The notes: generated from the sequence alone by a model not told the origin. 64,000 nt of DNA from an uncultured Candidatus Saccharibacteria bacterium (GCA_964482735.1 CAYZYV010000002.1:22061-86060), one strand, 5' to 3'; positions 19,178 to 28,933 are shown, counted from the stretch's first letter. A program made the numbers and translations.

Positions 19178-19795
19178 ATGGAAGACTCAATAGAAAAATT
19201 AGCAAAATACTTTAAAGAATTTCCAGGCATAGGAGAAAGACAAGCCAAGCGTTTTGTTTATTTCTTATTACACAAAAATCCTAGTTATGTATCTGAGCTT
19301 GGACACAACATTTTAAATTTAAAGAATAATATTCATCAATGTCCATCCTGTTTTTTGTTTTTTCAATCCCCTGTTGAAGATCTGTGCGAAAATTGTAAAA
19401 ATCCAAAAACAGACAAAAGTTCTCTTTTGGTCGTTGAAAAAGACTCAGATTATGAAAATATAAAAAGAAGTAAAAGTTATAGCGGTTTTTATTTTATACT
19501 TGGTGGGCTAGCTCCTATAATCAATAAAGAGGTTTTAAGCTTTTTGAGAGTAAAAGAATTGTTAAACGTCGTAGAATCTCGAGCGAAGCAAGGAGATCTC
19601 AAGGAAATAATTTTGGCGCTCTCTATAAATCCACAAGGAGAACACACAGATCTTTTCTTGAGAGAAAAGTTATCACCCATCATCCAAAAATATAATATCA
19701 AAATTGTTTCTCTTGGCCGAGGATTATCGACAGGTACAGAACTAGAATATTCAGACAGCGAAACCATCAAGAATGCTCTAAAAAATAGACAATAA
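19178..19795 (+). CDS. recR: Recombination protein RecR
   Basis: HhH motif FPGIGERQAKR. C4 zinc finger CPSC...CENC. A Toprim domain is present. Confidence 0.9.
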   Translation: MEDSIEKLAKYFKEFPGIGERQAKRFVYFLLHKNPSYVSELGHNILNLKNNIHQCPSCFLFFQSPVEDLCENCKNPKTDKSSLLVVEKDSDYENIKRSKSYSGFYFILGGLAPIINKEVLSFLRVKELLNVVESRAKQGDLKEIILALSINPQGEHTDLFLREKLSPIIQKYNIKIVSLGRGLSTGTELEYSDSETIKNALKNRQ

Positions 19796-19830
19796 ACCCC
19801 CTTATCATAAAAACTGATAAGGGGTTTTTA
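19796..19830 (+). terminator. Rho-independent terminator after recR
   Basis: Stem ccccttatca/tgataagggg with a 7-nt loop and T5 tail directly after the recR stop. Confidence 0.6.
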
Positions 19831-20061
19831 GGTCGAGCTAAGAAATAATCCAAACAAATATGCTTATGAATTTTTCATAAACATTAATTTGACCTCGAAT
19901 ATACTCTTGTCTCATAGATCCAATTACTCCACTAGAGCAGTTGTTTACTTCATCTTATAGAGAGGAAAACTCTTTTATTACCTCATCATCTAACTTTGCC
20001 AAGATTTCTTTTTTATTTTTCATGTCAGCACGTTTTTTACAATCGTATTACTCATAAAGCT

Positions 20062-20104
20062 AAAAGTCAATAAAATCCGCTTTAAGCGGATTTTATTGAC
20101 TTTT
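20062..20104 (-). terminator. Long perfect hairpin (19-bp arms) overlapping rplU stop
   Basis: aaaagtcaataaaatccgc-tttaa-gcggattttattgactttt. Confidence 0.6.
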
Positions 20105-20462
20105 ATTTGATTGATGAGATTTTAACTTCTACAAAAGGTTGTCTGTGTCCATTCTTCTTGTGATAACGACTCTTCTGCTTGTATTTAACTACTGTTACTG
20201 TCTTTCCTTTTCCTGTTCTCTGAAATAGTGATTCTACTTTTGCTCCATCTATATAGGGGGCACCAATAGTAGTATCTTTACCGTTATCTACCAATAAGAC
20301 TTTGTCAAAAACGATCTTATCTCCAGTCTTAAACTCTCCTTCTAATTTTTCTACTTTTATAATATCTCCTACTGAGACTTTGTATTGCTTTCCGCCAGTA
20401 AAAATAACAGCAAATTCCTTGCTTTCTAGATCGGTCTTTTTTGTTTTAGTTGATTGAGCCAT
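20103..20462 (-). CDS. rplU: 50S ribosomal protein L21
   Basis: FAVIFTGGKQYKVSVGD core motif with a short N-terminal extension. 119 aa. Confidence 0.85.
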   Translation of the reverse strand: MAQSTKTKKTDLESKEFAVIFTGGKQYKVSVGDIIKVEKLEGEFKTGDKIVFDKVLLVDNGKDTTIGAPYIDGAKVESLFQRTGKGKTVTVVKYKQKSRYHKKNGHRQPFVEVKISSIK

Positions 20463-20535
20463 AATTTTAACTCCTAGGGCTTTAAAACCTAGGTAAAGCT
20501 ATAATACACAAAAATTTTGAAAAAAGCAAGCTAGA

Positions 20536-21081
20536 ATGTATAATAACCTCATGATATCAAAGTATAAGAATAATGGGCTTGTTTGGATAGACTTAACCTC
20601 ACCTCAAAAAGAAGAGGTCGTTTATGTTTTAGATGAGTATCAAATACCCGAAAACATAAGGCAGGAAATTTCTAATCCATCAAAAGAACAAAGCACTTTT
20701 ATAGAAAATGACACCTTATACTCAATAGTTAGGCTTCCTCATCCAGATTTAAAAGAAGATGAAAACAAAGTTATTTTTATTAAAAATCAGAATTTTGTAA
20801 TCACTATTCACGATCAACCAATTAATTCCATAGAACAATTTTCTAGTGAATTAGAATTAGATATGCTTATAGAATCAGAATCTAAGATACGGAATCAAGA
20901 ACTATTGTTTGCTAACCTAATAAGAAAAATGTTAACAGGGTTGCATGATAAGATATTATCTAAAGACATGAGCCTAAACTCCCTAAAAAGAAAATTATCG
21001 AAATTACAAAAAAGATTTTGGGTTTCTATTTCTCTCAACCTTATTTTAATAATTTTATCAATACTTACAATTATTTTATGA
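20536..21081 (+). CDS. Hypothetical protein resembling the CorA N-terminal cytoplasmic domain, single C-terminal TM, translationally coupled to cysS (ATGA overlap)
   Basis: WIDL..P..EE...L sequence pattern typical of the CorA soluble domain. It ends in one TM helix with no GMN motif or TM2. Its stop overlaps the cysS ATG. Confidence 0.3.
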   Translation: MYNNLMISKYKNNGLVWIDLTSPQKEEVVYVLDEYQIPENIRQEISNPSKEQSTFIENDTLYSIVRLPHPDLKEDENKVIFIKNQNFVITIHDQPINSIEQFSSELELDMLIESESKIRNQELLFANLIRKMLTGLHDKILSKDMSLNSLKRKLSKLQKRFWVSISLNLILIILSILTIIL

Positions 21082-22457
21082 GTTTAGTTTTATTTAACAC
21101 CTTAAAAAGACAAAAAGAAGAATTTATACCACTAAAAAATAATGAAGTTGGTATTTATTCATGCGGTCCTACTGTTTACAACAAAATCCATATTGGAAAC
21201 TGGAGAGCTTTTGTCTTTTCTGATATGTTAAGGAGATATTTAGAATACAAAGGTTTTAATGTTAAACATATAATGAATGTTACCGACGTAGATGATAAGA
21301 CTATCAAAACATCTCAATTAAAAAGCCAATCACTAAAAGATTTTACAGAGTATTACACTTCCCTATTTTTCAGTGAAAGAGATTTATTAAATATATTACC
21401 TGCTACAAAATACACCAAAGCCACTGGTTACATCAAAGAAATGCTAGAAATCATAGACGAATTATTAGATAAAGGTTTTGCCTACAAGGCAAAAGATGGT
21501 TCCATCTACTTTAACATTCGTAAATTTAGTGATTATGGCAAGCTTTCTAATTTCAATCTCTCTGATTTAAAGAAAAATGCAGATAACCGTTTGAGTAAAG
21601 ACGAATATGAAAAAGAAAATGCCGAAGACTTTGCCCTTTGGAAAAATTGGGTTCCTGAAGATGGTGAAGTTTTTTGGTTGCCTAGTGAGATTTTGGGAAA
21701 AGAAGTTGAAATAGAAAAAGGTAGACCTGGTTGGCATATAGAATGTTCCGCTATGAGTACGAGGAATCTTGGTAACACTTTTGATATACACACTGGTGGT
21801 ATTGATTTAATTTTCCCTCATCATGAAAATGAAATTGCTCAATCCAAGTGTTCTGTCGGAGGTGATTTTGCCAAATACTTTGTTCACAATGAACACTTAC
21901 TTGTTGACGGTCAAAAGATGAGCAAATCTCTAGGTAATTTTTACATACTAGAAGATTTAATTAAAATGGGTATAGATCCAATAGCCTTTAGAATGTGGTT
22001 ATATAGTTCTAGCTATACAACTCGGGTTAATTTTACCGAAGAAGCTGTTCGTAGCACTCAAACAGCACTCATAAGACTTAGAGACTTCATTATATCTTTA
22101 GGTAGTGTTAAAGGAAAAATAAGTGAAGAATACAAAGATAAGTTTATAGAAGCTATGGATAACAACCTAGAAAGTCCAAAAGCCTTATCTGTTCTTTGGG
22201 ATTTGGTAAAAGATAAAAATGTAAACAATGAAAATAAACTAGCAACGATTTTAGATTTTGATAAAGTTTTTGGTTTTGGTTTAGATAAAATAGAAGAAGG
22301 GAAAATTTCTAATGAAGTTATTAAGGTTGCTGAAGAACGAAAAATAGCCAGAGATAATAAAGATTGGGCGAAAAGTGATGAGTTAAGAAATAAAATAAAA
22401 GATCTTGGTTATGATATAAAAGATACAGAAAGCGGATACAAGATAAATAAAATCTAA
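21078..22457 (+). CDS. cysS: Cysteinyl-tRNA synthetase
   Basis: CGPTVYNKIHIGN (a HIGH variant, HIGN) and KMSKSLGN. The longest ORF starts at 21018. The internal Met at 21078 fits the ATGA coupling. Confidence 0.9.
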   Translation: MSLVLFNTLKRQKEEFIPLKNNEVGIYSCGPTVYNKIHIGNWRAFVFSDMLRRYLEYKGFNVKHIMNVTDVDDKTIKTSQLKSQSLKDFTEYYTSLFFSERDLLNILPATKYTKATGYIKEMLEIIDELLDKGFAYKAKDGSIYFNIRKFSDYGKLSNFNLSDLKKNADNRLSKDEYEKENAEDFALWKNWVPEDGEVFWLPSEILGKEVEIEKGRPGWHIECSAMSTRNLGNTFDIHTGGIDLIFPHHENEIAQSKCSVGGDFAKYFVHNEHLLVDGQKMSKSLGNFYILEDLIKMGIDPIAFRMWLYSSSYTTRVNFTEEAVRSTQTALIRLRDFIISLGSVKGKISEEYKDKFIEAMDNNLESPKALSVLWDLVKDKNVNNENKLATILDFDKVFGFGLDKIEEGKISNEVIKVAEERKIARDNKDWAKSDELRNKIKDLGYDIKDTESGYKINKI

Positions 22458-22461
22458 AAAA

Positions 22462-22492
22462 TAAAACCACTCATAACGGGTGGTTTTATTTT
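22462..22492 (+). terminator. Hairpin terminator after cysS
   Basis: aaaccac-N9-gtggttt stem followed by a T-rich tract. Confidence 0.45.
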
Positions 22493-22503
22493 GATGGTTG
22501 AAA

Positions 22504-23340
22504 TTAATTTGCTTCGGCTAGTTTTCTCTGCACTGATTCTTCGGCGTAAAGTTTTTGAATATCGGAAGCAGAAAGAGAGGATGTAAAGATGCGAACATTG
22601 TCTAAATTTCCTTGGTATTTATTATCATATCCTGAACCTATTTTAGTAAGATATTCTGTAGACCCTCCATAGTATCCTGAGTTTAAATCTTTATAACCTT
22701 CTTCCTTTCCATCTATAAAACAAGTTACTTTTTTATTTTCTCTATCGAAAGAAATGGCCACATGGTGCCACTTGTCATCGTTTACTGTTTTAGTAGTACA
22801 ATTAGTCTCTACATAAGAAGAATCGTTGCCTATTAAAAAAATTAAACTTCCTCCGCCTATTCCAAATCGATATCCTAAAATATTTCCTGCGTTATATACT
22901 ATGTATGCTTGCCCGGTTGAAACAATTGTTTTTATCCACATACTAATAGAAAAATTGCTATCCATTATTCCTAATATTTGATTTAGTTTAATATATGATC
23001 CAAATGGGAAATATAAAGATTTTTTTGAAGTAGATGTATCGTATGTTTCGTTTGACCAGCTGGGTGAACCTACAAACACACCGTTGTCATCACTAGATGA
23101 ATTATATGCGATGTTTCCTGTTCCTTCTTCAAATTTCCACTCAGATATCAAGTAATTTCTAGCACTTACTAACTTATTAACTTCAAACATTTTAGCGGTG
23201 CTCATTCTTGATTTCTCTCTTGCGCTACTAAATGCTACAAAAGCTACGGAAGATAATATCCCTATAATCGCGATAACTACTAGTATTTCTACTAATGTAT
23301 ACCCCCTTTGTTTTTTGTTTTCAAAAAGATTAAAAATCAT
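22504..23340 (-). CDS. Type IV pilin-like protein (prepilin N-terminal methylation motif) fused to a LamG/ConA-like lectin domain
   Basis: N-terminus GYTLVEILVVIAIIGIL (class III signal with an N-methylation site). C-terminal LamG signature includes DDKWHHVAISFD and LDNVRIFTSSLSASDIQKLY. Confidence 0.6.
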   Translation of the reverse strand: MIFNLFENKKQRGYTLVEILVVIAIIGILSSVAFVAFSSAREKSRMSTAKMFEVNKLVSARNYLISEWKFEEGTGNIAYNSSSDDNGVFVGSPSWSNETYDTSTSKKSLYFPFGSYIKLNQILGIMDSNFSISMWIKTIVSTGQAYIVYNAGNILGYRFGIGGGSLIFLIGNDSSYVETNCTTKTVNDDKWHHVAISFDRENKKVTCFIDGKEEGYKDLNSGYYGGSTEYLTKIGSGYDNKYQGNLDNVRIFTSSLSASDIQKLYAEESVQRKLAEAN

Positions 23341-23363
23341 ATTACTATTATAACATTTTCTTA

Positions 23364-23410
23364 TAACAAATAAACCACTCTGTATTTCACAGAGTGGTTT
23401 ATTTGTTATA
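23364..23410 (-). terminator. Long perfect hairpin (21-bp arms) overlapping dnaJ stop
   Basis: ataacaaataaaccactctgt-atttc-acagagtggtttatttgttat. Confidence 0.55.
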
Positions 23411-24485
23411 ATCCTTCTTCTTTTAGTTTTTCTACAAGTTCCCTTTCTTTTTTGGATAACTTTGTTGGAGTGATAATCTCCACTTTGACTATTAAGTCTC
23501 CTCGTCCTAACGCAGAAGGAACTCCCTTACCTCTAACCCTTAATAATTCATTGTGTTTGATACCTTCGGGAATCTTAATCTCTAAATCTTTACCGTCTAA
23601 GCTCTTGAATTTATGAGTAGTACCGAGCAACGAATCAGTTAATTTTATCTTTAATGTCATAGTAAGGTTTATCCCATCTTTTTTGAATAAACTATGGCTT
23701 TTGACTCTTAATCTTAGATATAAATCTCCAGGAATTCCATTCTGAATATATTCTCCACCTTGTGACATTTTTAGAACTTCACCATTTTCAACACCTGCAG
23801 GAATATCTATCTTGATATCTTCTTTTCTATTAACTACTCCATCTCCACGACATCGTCCGCATTTTTCTTCAGGAACTTGTCCACTACCGAAACATTTTTC
23901 ACAAACTCTAGTTGTAGCAAATGATCCCAAGATAGATCTTTTTATCTCTTTTATTTGTCCATTACCACCACAATTCTTACATGTGTTCATTTTTGTTCCA
24001 GGTTTAGCCCCTGTCCCATTACATACATCACACTTAGACTGCTTTTCTATGATAATTGTTTTAGATACTCCAAAAATAGATTCCTCGAAAGACAGATCTA
24101 TTGCCATTTCGATATTCTGTCCTCTTTTTTTTGACCTTCTGTTTGACATTCCACCTCCAAAAAATTCTCCAAAGATGTCTCCTAAATCACCCATATCAAA
24201 GCCTTGAGCATTTTGAAATCCAGAGAAATCAAATCCTCCAAAACCTTGCCCACCATACGCTCCACCACCCATATTTGGGCCAGCAGAACCATATTGATCA
24301 TACATAGCCCTTTTCTTCTCGTCAGATAAGACTTGGTATGCTTCGTTTATTTCTTTGAACTTCTTGTCGTCACCACCATTTTTGTCAGGGTGGTATTTCA
24401 TGGCAAGTTTATGGAAAGATTTTTTGATTTCTTCTTTTGTGGCGTTTTTATTTACTTCTAATGTTTCGTAATAATCTTTTGCCAT
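23406..24485 (-). CDS. dnaJ: Chaperone DnaJ
   Basis: J-domain with HPD (KYHPDKN). G/F-rich region. Four CxxCxGxG zinc-finger repeats. Confidence 0.9.
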   Translation of the reverse strand: MAKDYYETLEVNKNATKEEIKKSFHKLAMKYHPDKNGGDDKKFKEINEAYQVLSDEKKRAMYDQYGSAGPNMGGGAYGGQGFGGFDFSGFQNAQGFDMGDLGDIFGEFFGGGMSNRRSKKRGQNIEMAIDLSFEESIFGVSKTIIIEKQSKCDVCNGTGAKPGTKMNTCKNCGGNGQIKEIKRSILGSFATTRVCEKCFGSGQVPEEKCGRCRGDGVVNRKEDIKIDIPAGVENGEVLKMSQGGEYIQNGIPGDLYLRLRVKSHSLFKKDGINLTMTLKIKLTDSLLGTTHKFKSLDGKDLEIKIPEGIKHNELLRVRGKGVPSALGRGDLIVKVEIITPTKLSKKERELVEKLKEEGL

Positions 24486-24487
24486 TT

Positions 24488-26392
24488 TTAGTTGTTATTT
24501 TCTTTATTTTGATCTTCTTCTTTTACTTCTGCATCTTTTATATTGTCTTCTGGTTTACTTTCCTCTGTCTTGTTTTCAGTATTTTCTCCAGATGCTTTAT
24601 TCATAGCTTCTCCAATTTTAGACATTTCTGAAGTTAGTTCTTCAATAGCTGTTTTTATTGCAACTATATCTTGTCCTTCTTTTGCAGTTTTAACTTTTGC
24701 TATCTTTTCTTCAATAGCTGTTTTTATTTCTGGACCAACTTTGTCGCCGTATTCTTTAAGAGATTTTTCTGCTGTGAATACCATCATATCTGCAGAATTT
24801 TTTTCATCAGCTAATTCTTTCTTTTTCTTGTCTTCTTCTGCGTGAGCTTCGGCTTCGTCTTTCATCTTCTTGATATCTTCATCTGACAAACCAGAGCTAG
24901 CCTCTATCCTTATTGATTGTTCTTTACCAGAAGCTTTATCTTTTGCCTTCACATTCAATATACCGTTAGCATCGACATCAAAAGAAACTTCAATTTGAGG
25001 AATTCCTCGAGGTGCTGGTGGAATACCATCCAAGATAAATCTACCGAGAGATTTATTATCTGTGGCCATTGGTCTTTCACCTTGAACGATATGAATTTCT
25101 ACAGAAGTTTGATTATCGGCTGCAGTCGAAAATACTTGAGATTTAGAAGAAGGTATTGTGGTGTTTCTTTCAATTAGTTTAGTAGAAACTCCTCCTAGTG
25201 TTTCAATTCCTAGTGATAGTGGAATCACGTCTAGTAATAGAACATCTCGTACATCTCCTTGTAATACTCCCGCCTGAACGGCTGCACCCATTGCAACAAC
25301 TTCATCTGGATTGATTGATCTATTTGGTTCTTTACCAAACAATTTTTTAACAGCTTCAACTATTGCTGGCATTCTTGTTTGTCCTCCTACAAGTATAACT
25401 TCATCAATGTCTTCTATCTTAAAAGGGGAAGCGGAGATTGCTCTCTTGGTTATTTCTATTGATTGATCAATATATTCTTGTGCTAAAGATTCAAGAGTTG
25501 CTCTGGTCATCTTCATTAACAAATGTTTTGGACCACTAGCGTCTGAAGTAATAAATGGAATGTTAATTTCTGATTCTAGCGTGGTTGAAAGTTCGTGTTT
25601 AGCTTTTTCTGCAGCTTCTTTTAGTCTCTGTAAGGCGAGCATGTCAGTAGTAACATCTATACCTGTTTCTTTTTTGTATTCATTAGCAATCCATTCAATA
25701 ATTTTTTGGTCAATATCTTCACCTCCCAAATGAGAGTTTCCGTCTGTTGATTTTACTTCAATCACATCATCACCAACTTCTAGAACAGAAACGTCGAAAG
25801 TTCCACCTCCAAAGTCATAAACAACGATTTGTTCATTCTTTTTCTTGTTGAAACCATAAGCAAGAGCTGCAGCTGTTGGTTCATTGATAATTCTTTGTAC
25901 TTCTAATCCAGCAATTTCTCCTGCGTCCTTAGTCGCTTTTCTTTGTGCGTCATTGAAATAAGCAGGAACAGTGATGACTGCACCAGTTATTTTTTCTCCT
26001 AACTTAGCTTCAACGTCTGATTTAATTTTTGCTAAAATTTTAGCAGAAATTTCTTCTGGTCTTTGCCATTGATCTCCGAGCTTAACCTCGACTCCACCAT
26101 TTGCTCCTTTTTGTATCTTATATGGAGTCATCTTGTCATCTTTTTGAATTTCAGGATCATCGTATAAGTGTCCTACAAATCTTTTGATACCATATATGGT
26201 ATTTTCAGGATTTGTTACTGCTTGTCTTTTTGCTAAAAGACCAACCATTCGATCGCCATTTTTGGCAACTGAAACTACTGATGGAGTAGTTCTAGCTCCT
26301 TCAATATTTTCTATTATTTTTGGCTGTCCACCTTCTATGATAGCTACCGCACTATTTGTAGTACCCAAATCTATACCTATTACTTTACTCAT
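24488..26392 (-). CDS. dnaK: Chaperone DnaK (Hsp70)
   Basis: [13 protein letters not shown] and [10 protein letters not shown] motifs. 634 aa. Confidence 0.95.
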   Translation of the reverse strand: MSKVIGIDLGTTNSAVAIIEGGQPKIIENIEGARTTPSVVSVAKNGDRMVGLLAKRQAVTNPENTIYGIKRFVGHLYDDPEIQKDDKMTPYKIQKGANGGVEVKLGDQWQRPEEISAKILAKIKSDVEAKLGEKITGAVITVPAYFNDAQRKATKDAGEIAGLEVQRIINEPTAAALAYGFNKKKNEQIVVYDFGGGTFDVSVLEVGDDVIEVKSTDGNSHLGGEDIDQKIIEWIANEYKKETGIDVTTDMLALQRLKEAAEKAKHELSTTLESEINIPFITSDASGPKHLLMKMTRATLESLAQEYIDQSIEITKRAISASPFKIEDIDEVILVGGQTRMPAIVEAVKKLFGKEPNRSINPDEVVAMGAAVQAGVLQGDVRDVLLLDVIPLSLGIETLGGVSTKLIERNTTIPSSKSQVFSTAADNQTSVEIHIVQGERPMATDNKSLGRFILDGIPPAPRGIPQIEVSFDVDANGILNVKAKDKASGKEQSIRIEASSGLSDEDIKKMKDEAEAHAEEDKKKKELADEKNSADMMVFTAEKSLKEYGDKVGPEIKTAIEEKIAKVKTAKEGQDIVAIKTAIEELTSEMSKIGEAMNKASGENTENKTEESKPEDNIKDAEVKEEDQNKENNN

Positions 26393-26542
26393 ATTTTTTA
26401 AAATAAATTAAATTAATAATGTTTTTAATAAATAAAATTTTTGTAGATGGTTTTTTATTATCTACTCTGAAAGATTATACACCCCAATTATTTTTTTGAC
26501 AAGTATTTTGCGACCACGAAAATCTTGTAAAATTCTATAAAA

Positions 26543-27103
26543 ATGTTATATTATAAAAGTATGAATAAAAACACCCCTGTCCAAAAGGTTATACTCAAGA
26601 TATTAGCTCGTAAAAACGTTGTTTGTTTTGAGGACTTAAAAAAAGACGTTCTAAATAGCCTTAAAACAGGCTACAACACTAAAACTAAGCCAGAATATGC
26701 TATTTCCCGGTCTATTAAAAATCTTTCAACTGCGGGGCTTATAGAGTGTTTCCAATCTGACAGACAACCATTTTTTAGGTTGTCAGAAGAAGGCCGTAAA
26801 AAGATAAATAACAATGCCATAGATGCCGATAATGCTATTATTTCTAAAAACTGGGATGGAAACTGGCGAGTTATAATTTTGGATTTACCAGAAGACAGAA
26901 AAAACGAAAGGGATGCCTTACGATATCTATTAAAAAAAGCAGGTTTTGTTTGTGTTAAAAATTCAGTTTGGATTTCTATTTATCCGTATGAAAATCTTTT
27001 TATAAATATAAAAAGAGACTTGGGTTTAACAACCGAAATGATAATTATCGTGACAGATAAAATTGATGATATTACAAATAATCATCTGTTAAATAATTTT
27101 TAG
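26543..27103 (+). CDS. PaaX-family-like winged-helix transcriptional regulator
   Basis: N-terminal wHTH. C-terminal motif NWDGNWRVIILDLPEDRKNERDALRYLLKKAGFVCVKNSVWI matches the PaaX W.G.W...PE..R..R...L...GFG.L..SVW signature. Confidence 0.55.
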   Translation: MLYYKSMNKNTPVQKVILKILARKNVVCFEDLKKDVLNSLKTGYNTKTKPEYAISRSIKNLSTAGLIECFQSDRQPFFRLSEEGRKKINNNAIDADNAIISKNWDGNWRVIILDLPEDRKNERDALRYLLKKAGFVCVKNSVWISIYPYENLFINIKRDLGLTTEMIIIVTDKIDDITNNHLLNNF

Positions 27104-27729
27104 TCTTCAAACTCAAAAATAGAAACTTTGGCAGGGCGAATGGCCTTATCCCCTATTTTGTATCCAATTTGAAAGATTTCACTTACGTGATGATCTTTTT
27201 CTTTTTCCTTGGTTTTTGTTATTTTTATAGATTCATGGAACAGAGGGTTGAAAGGAATATTTACTTCCTCTATTCTTTCTACTCCAAAACTTTTTAGTCC
27301 GCTCAATAGTTGTTTGTATATTGAAATCATACCTGTTCTCCAGTTCTCATCTACTTTTTCCCAATTTATTTTATCTTGAAAAGCTAGTTCAAAACTATCT
27401 ATGGCAGGAATTAGTTTCTCTGTCATTTTTTCTTTGGTTAAATTAGCAATATGAATCTTGGACAAATCTAATTCCTTTTGGAGATTAATATAATCTGCTT
27501 TAGCTCTTTGCCAACCAGTTAAGTATTCTTCCTTTTCTTTCTGTAATTTTTTAATATCTTCTCTTAATTTTTTAGTAACATCTTTGGTTGGAAGAGCTTC
27601 ACCATCTTCTGTACTAGCCACAATATCAATATCTTCGAATGTGTTTTCAGCCATATTTTCTAACTCTTGACCAAGTTCTTTATTTAATTCTTCTTCAGTT
27701 TTGTTTGTTTCTTTTTTATCGTCATTCAT
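27100..27729 (-). CDS. grpE: Nucleotide exchange factor GrpE
   Basis: Acidic N-terminus, coiled coil, and a C-terminal beta domain with IPAIDSFELA and FNPLFHESI motifs. Confidence 0.85.
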   Translation of the reverse strand: MNDDKKETNKTEEELNKELGQELENMAENTFEDIDIVASTEDGEALPTKDVTKKLREDIKKLQKEKEEYLTGWQRAKADYINLQKELDLSKIHIANLTKEKMTEKLIPAIDSFELAFQDKINWEKVDENWRTGMISIYKQLLSGLKSFGVERIEEVNIPFNPLFHESIKITKTKEKEKDHHVSEIFQIGYKIGDKAIRPAKVSIFEFED

Positions 27730-27741
27730 ATTCTAAGTATA

Positions 27742-27777
27742 CAAAAAACCCAGATTTTTTCAAATCTGAGTTTTTTA
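27742..27777 (-). terminator. Hairpin terminator after rpsI
   Basis: A6-cagattt-tttca-aaatctg-T6. It lies between the rpsI stop and the grpE start. Confidence 0.45.
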
Positions 27778-27780
27778 TCA

Positions 27781-28197
27781 TTATCTTTTTGACCACTGTG
27801 GAGACTTTCGAGCTTTCTTTAATCCGAATTTCTTTCTTTCTACCTGTCGAGGATCTCTCTTTAACATCTTTGCTTTCTTTAGAGGAACGCGTAGTTCTTC
27901 ATCAAAGACAACTAGGGATCTTGCGATACCGTGTCTTACAGCTTCTGCTTGAGCATGAATACCTCCGCCTCTTACAGTTGCTACAACTTCAAATTTTTCT
28001 GTTGGGGTTACTGTTTCAAATGCTCCGGTTACTATTTTTCTAAGTTCAGCTGTTTTAAAGTATTCAATTAAATCTTTATCATTAATTTTGTATGAATACT
28101 TAGAAGCTTTTGTTAGTTTAACAGAAGCAGAGGCAGTCTTTCTTCGTCCAACTGCTCGGTAGTACCCTTTTTCTTTTGTATTTGTTTTCTTTTCCAT
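27781..28197 (-). CDS. rpsI: 30S ribosomal protein S9
   Basis: GRRKTASASVKL and a C-terminal PQWSKR. 138 aa. Confidence 0.9.
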   Translation of the reverse strand: MEKKTNTKEKGYYRAVGRRKTASASVKLTKASKYSYKINDKDLIEYFKTAELRKIVTGAFETVTPTEKFEVVATVRGGGIHAQAEAVRHGIARSLVVFDEELRVPLKKAKMLKRDPRQVERKKFGLKKARKSPQWSKR

Positions 28198-28204
28198 AAT
28201 AATA

Positions 28205-28570
28205 TTAATCTCTTATTGTTAATTTTTTCATTATAAGAGGTCTTAATTTGTTTGCTGGTAGCATTCCATATACAGCTAGAGTATACAATTCTTTCCAACC
28301 TTTCTTTTCTATGATGTTAGCGTTGGACTTGAATCTTAATCCTCCTGGAAAACCAGAATATTTTTCATGTAAAGTTGTAGTAAGTTTTTTCTCTGTAGTC
28401 TTTGTCTTGCTAGCATTTTCTATTACAACTGTAACATCTGCTACTTTGTTTGCTACATAATCAGGTAATTTCTTACCCATAAGAGCCTTGGCTGCTTCAC
28501 TAGCTACTCTTCCAAGCGTCTTCCCTTCTGCGTTAATTGTGTACTTTGTTGTCATATTATATAAATTCAA
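28205..28570 (-). CDS. rplM: 50S ribosomal protein L13
   Basis: GKTLGRVASEAAKALMGK N-terminal motif. 121 aa. Confidence 0.85.
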   Translation of the reverse strand: MNLYNMTTKYTINAEGKTLGRVASEAAKALMGKKLPDYVANKVADVTVVIENASKTKTTEKKLTTTLHEKYSGFPGGLRFKSNANIIEKKGWKELYTLAVYGMLPANKLRPLIMKKLTIRD

Positions 28571-28910
28571 TTAATGCCATTTTACTTGCGTCTCCTTGTC
28601 GACGAGGAAGTTTAACTATTCTGGTATAACCACCACTTCTTCCTTTATACTTAGGAGCTATTTCGTCTATTAGTTTAGAAGCTTCACTTGTAAGATTGTA
28701 CAAGCGAGAAATTACTATTCGTCTAGAAGCAACGGTTCCTAGGTTGGCCTTGGTTATTAATTTTTCTATTAAAGGACGAAGTTCTTTTGCTTTTGCTTCG
28801 GTTGTTTCAATTTTTCCATGAGCAATAAGAGAAAGAGCTAAACCCTTCATAAGAGCGTTCCTTTGATTTTTATTTCTTCCGAATTTTCTAACATTATTAT
28901 GGTGTCTCAT
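28557..28910 (-). CDS. rplQ: 50S ribosomal protein L17
   Basis: MRHHNNVRKFGRNKNQRNALMKGLA N-terminus. 117 aa. Confidence 0.85.
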   Translation of the reverse strand: MRHHNNVRKFGRNKNQRNALMKGLALSLIAHGKIETTEAKAKELRPLIEKLITKANLGTVASRRIVISRLYNLTSEASKLIDEIAPKYKGRSGGYTRIVKLPRRQGDASKMALIEFI

Positions 28911-28933
28911 ATTATTTCTGAACTTATTACTAA

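Noticed and set aside
19830-20060. Decayed rpmA (L27) pseudogene downstream of rplU
   Set aside because: All minus-strand frames were translated by eye. The longest products (MKNKKEILAKLDDEVIKEFSSL, MRQEYIRGQINVYEKF...) have no similarity to L27.
26393-27780. CIRCE/HrcA operator upstream of dnaK or grpE
   Set aside because: No TTAGCACTC-N9-GAGTGCTAA-like inverted repeat is present. I found only a short gtagat/atctac repeat and a terminator hairpin.
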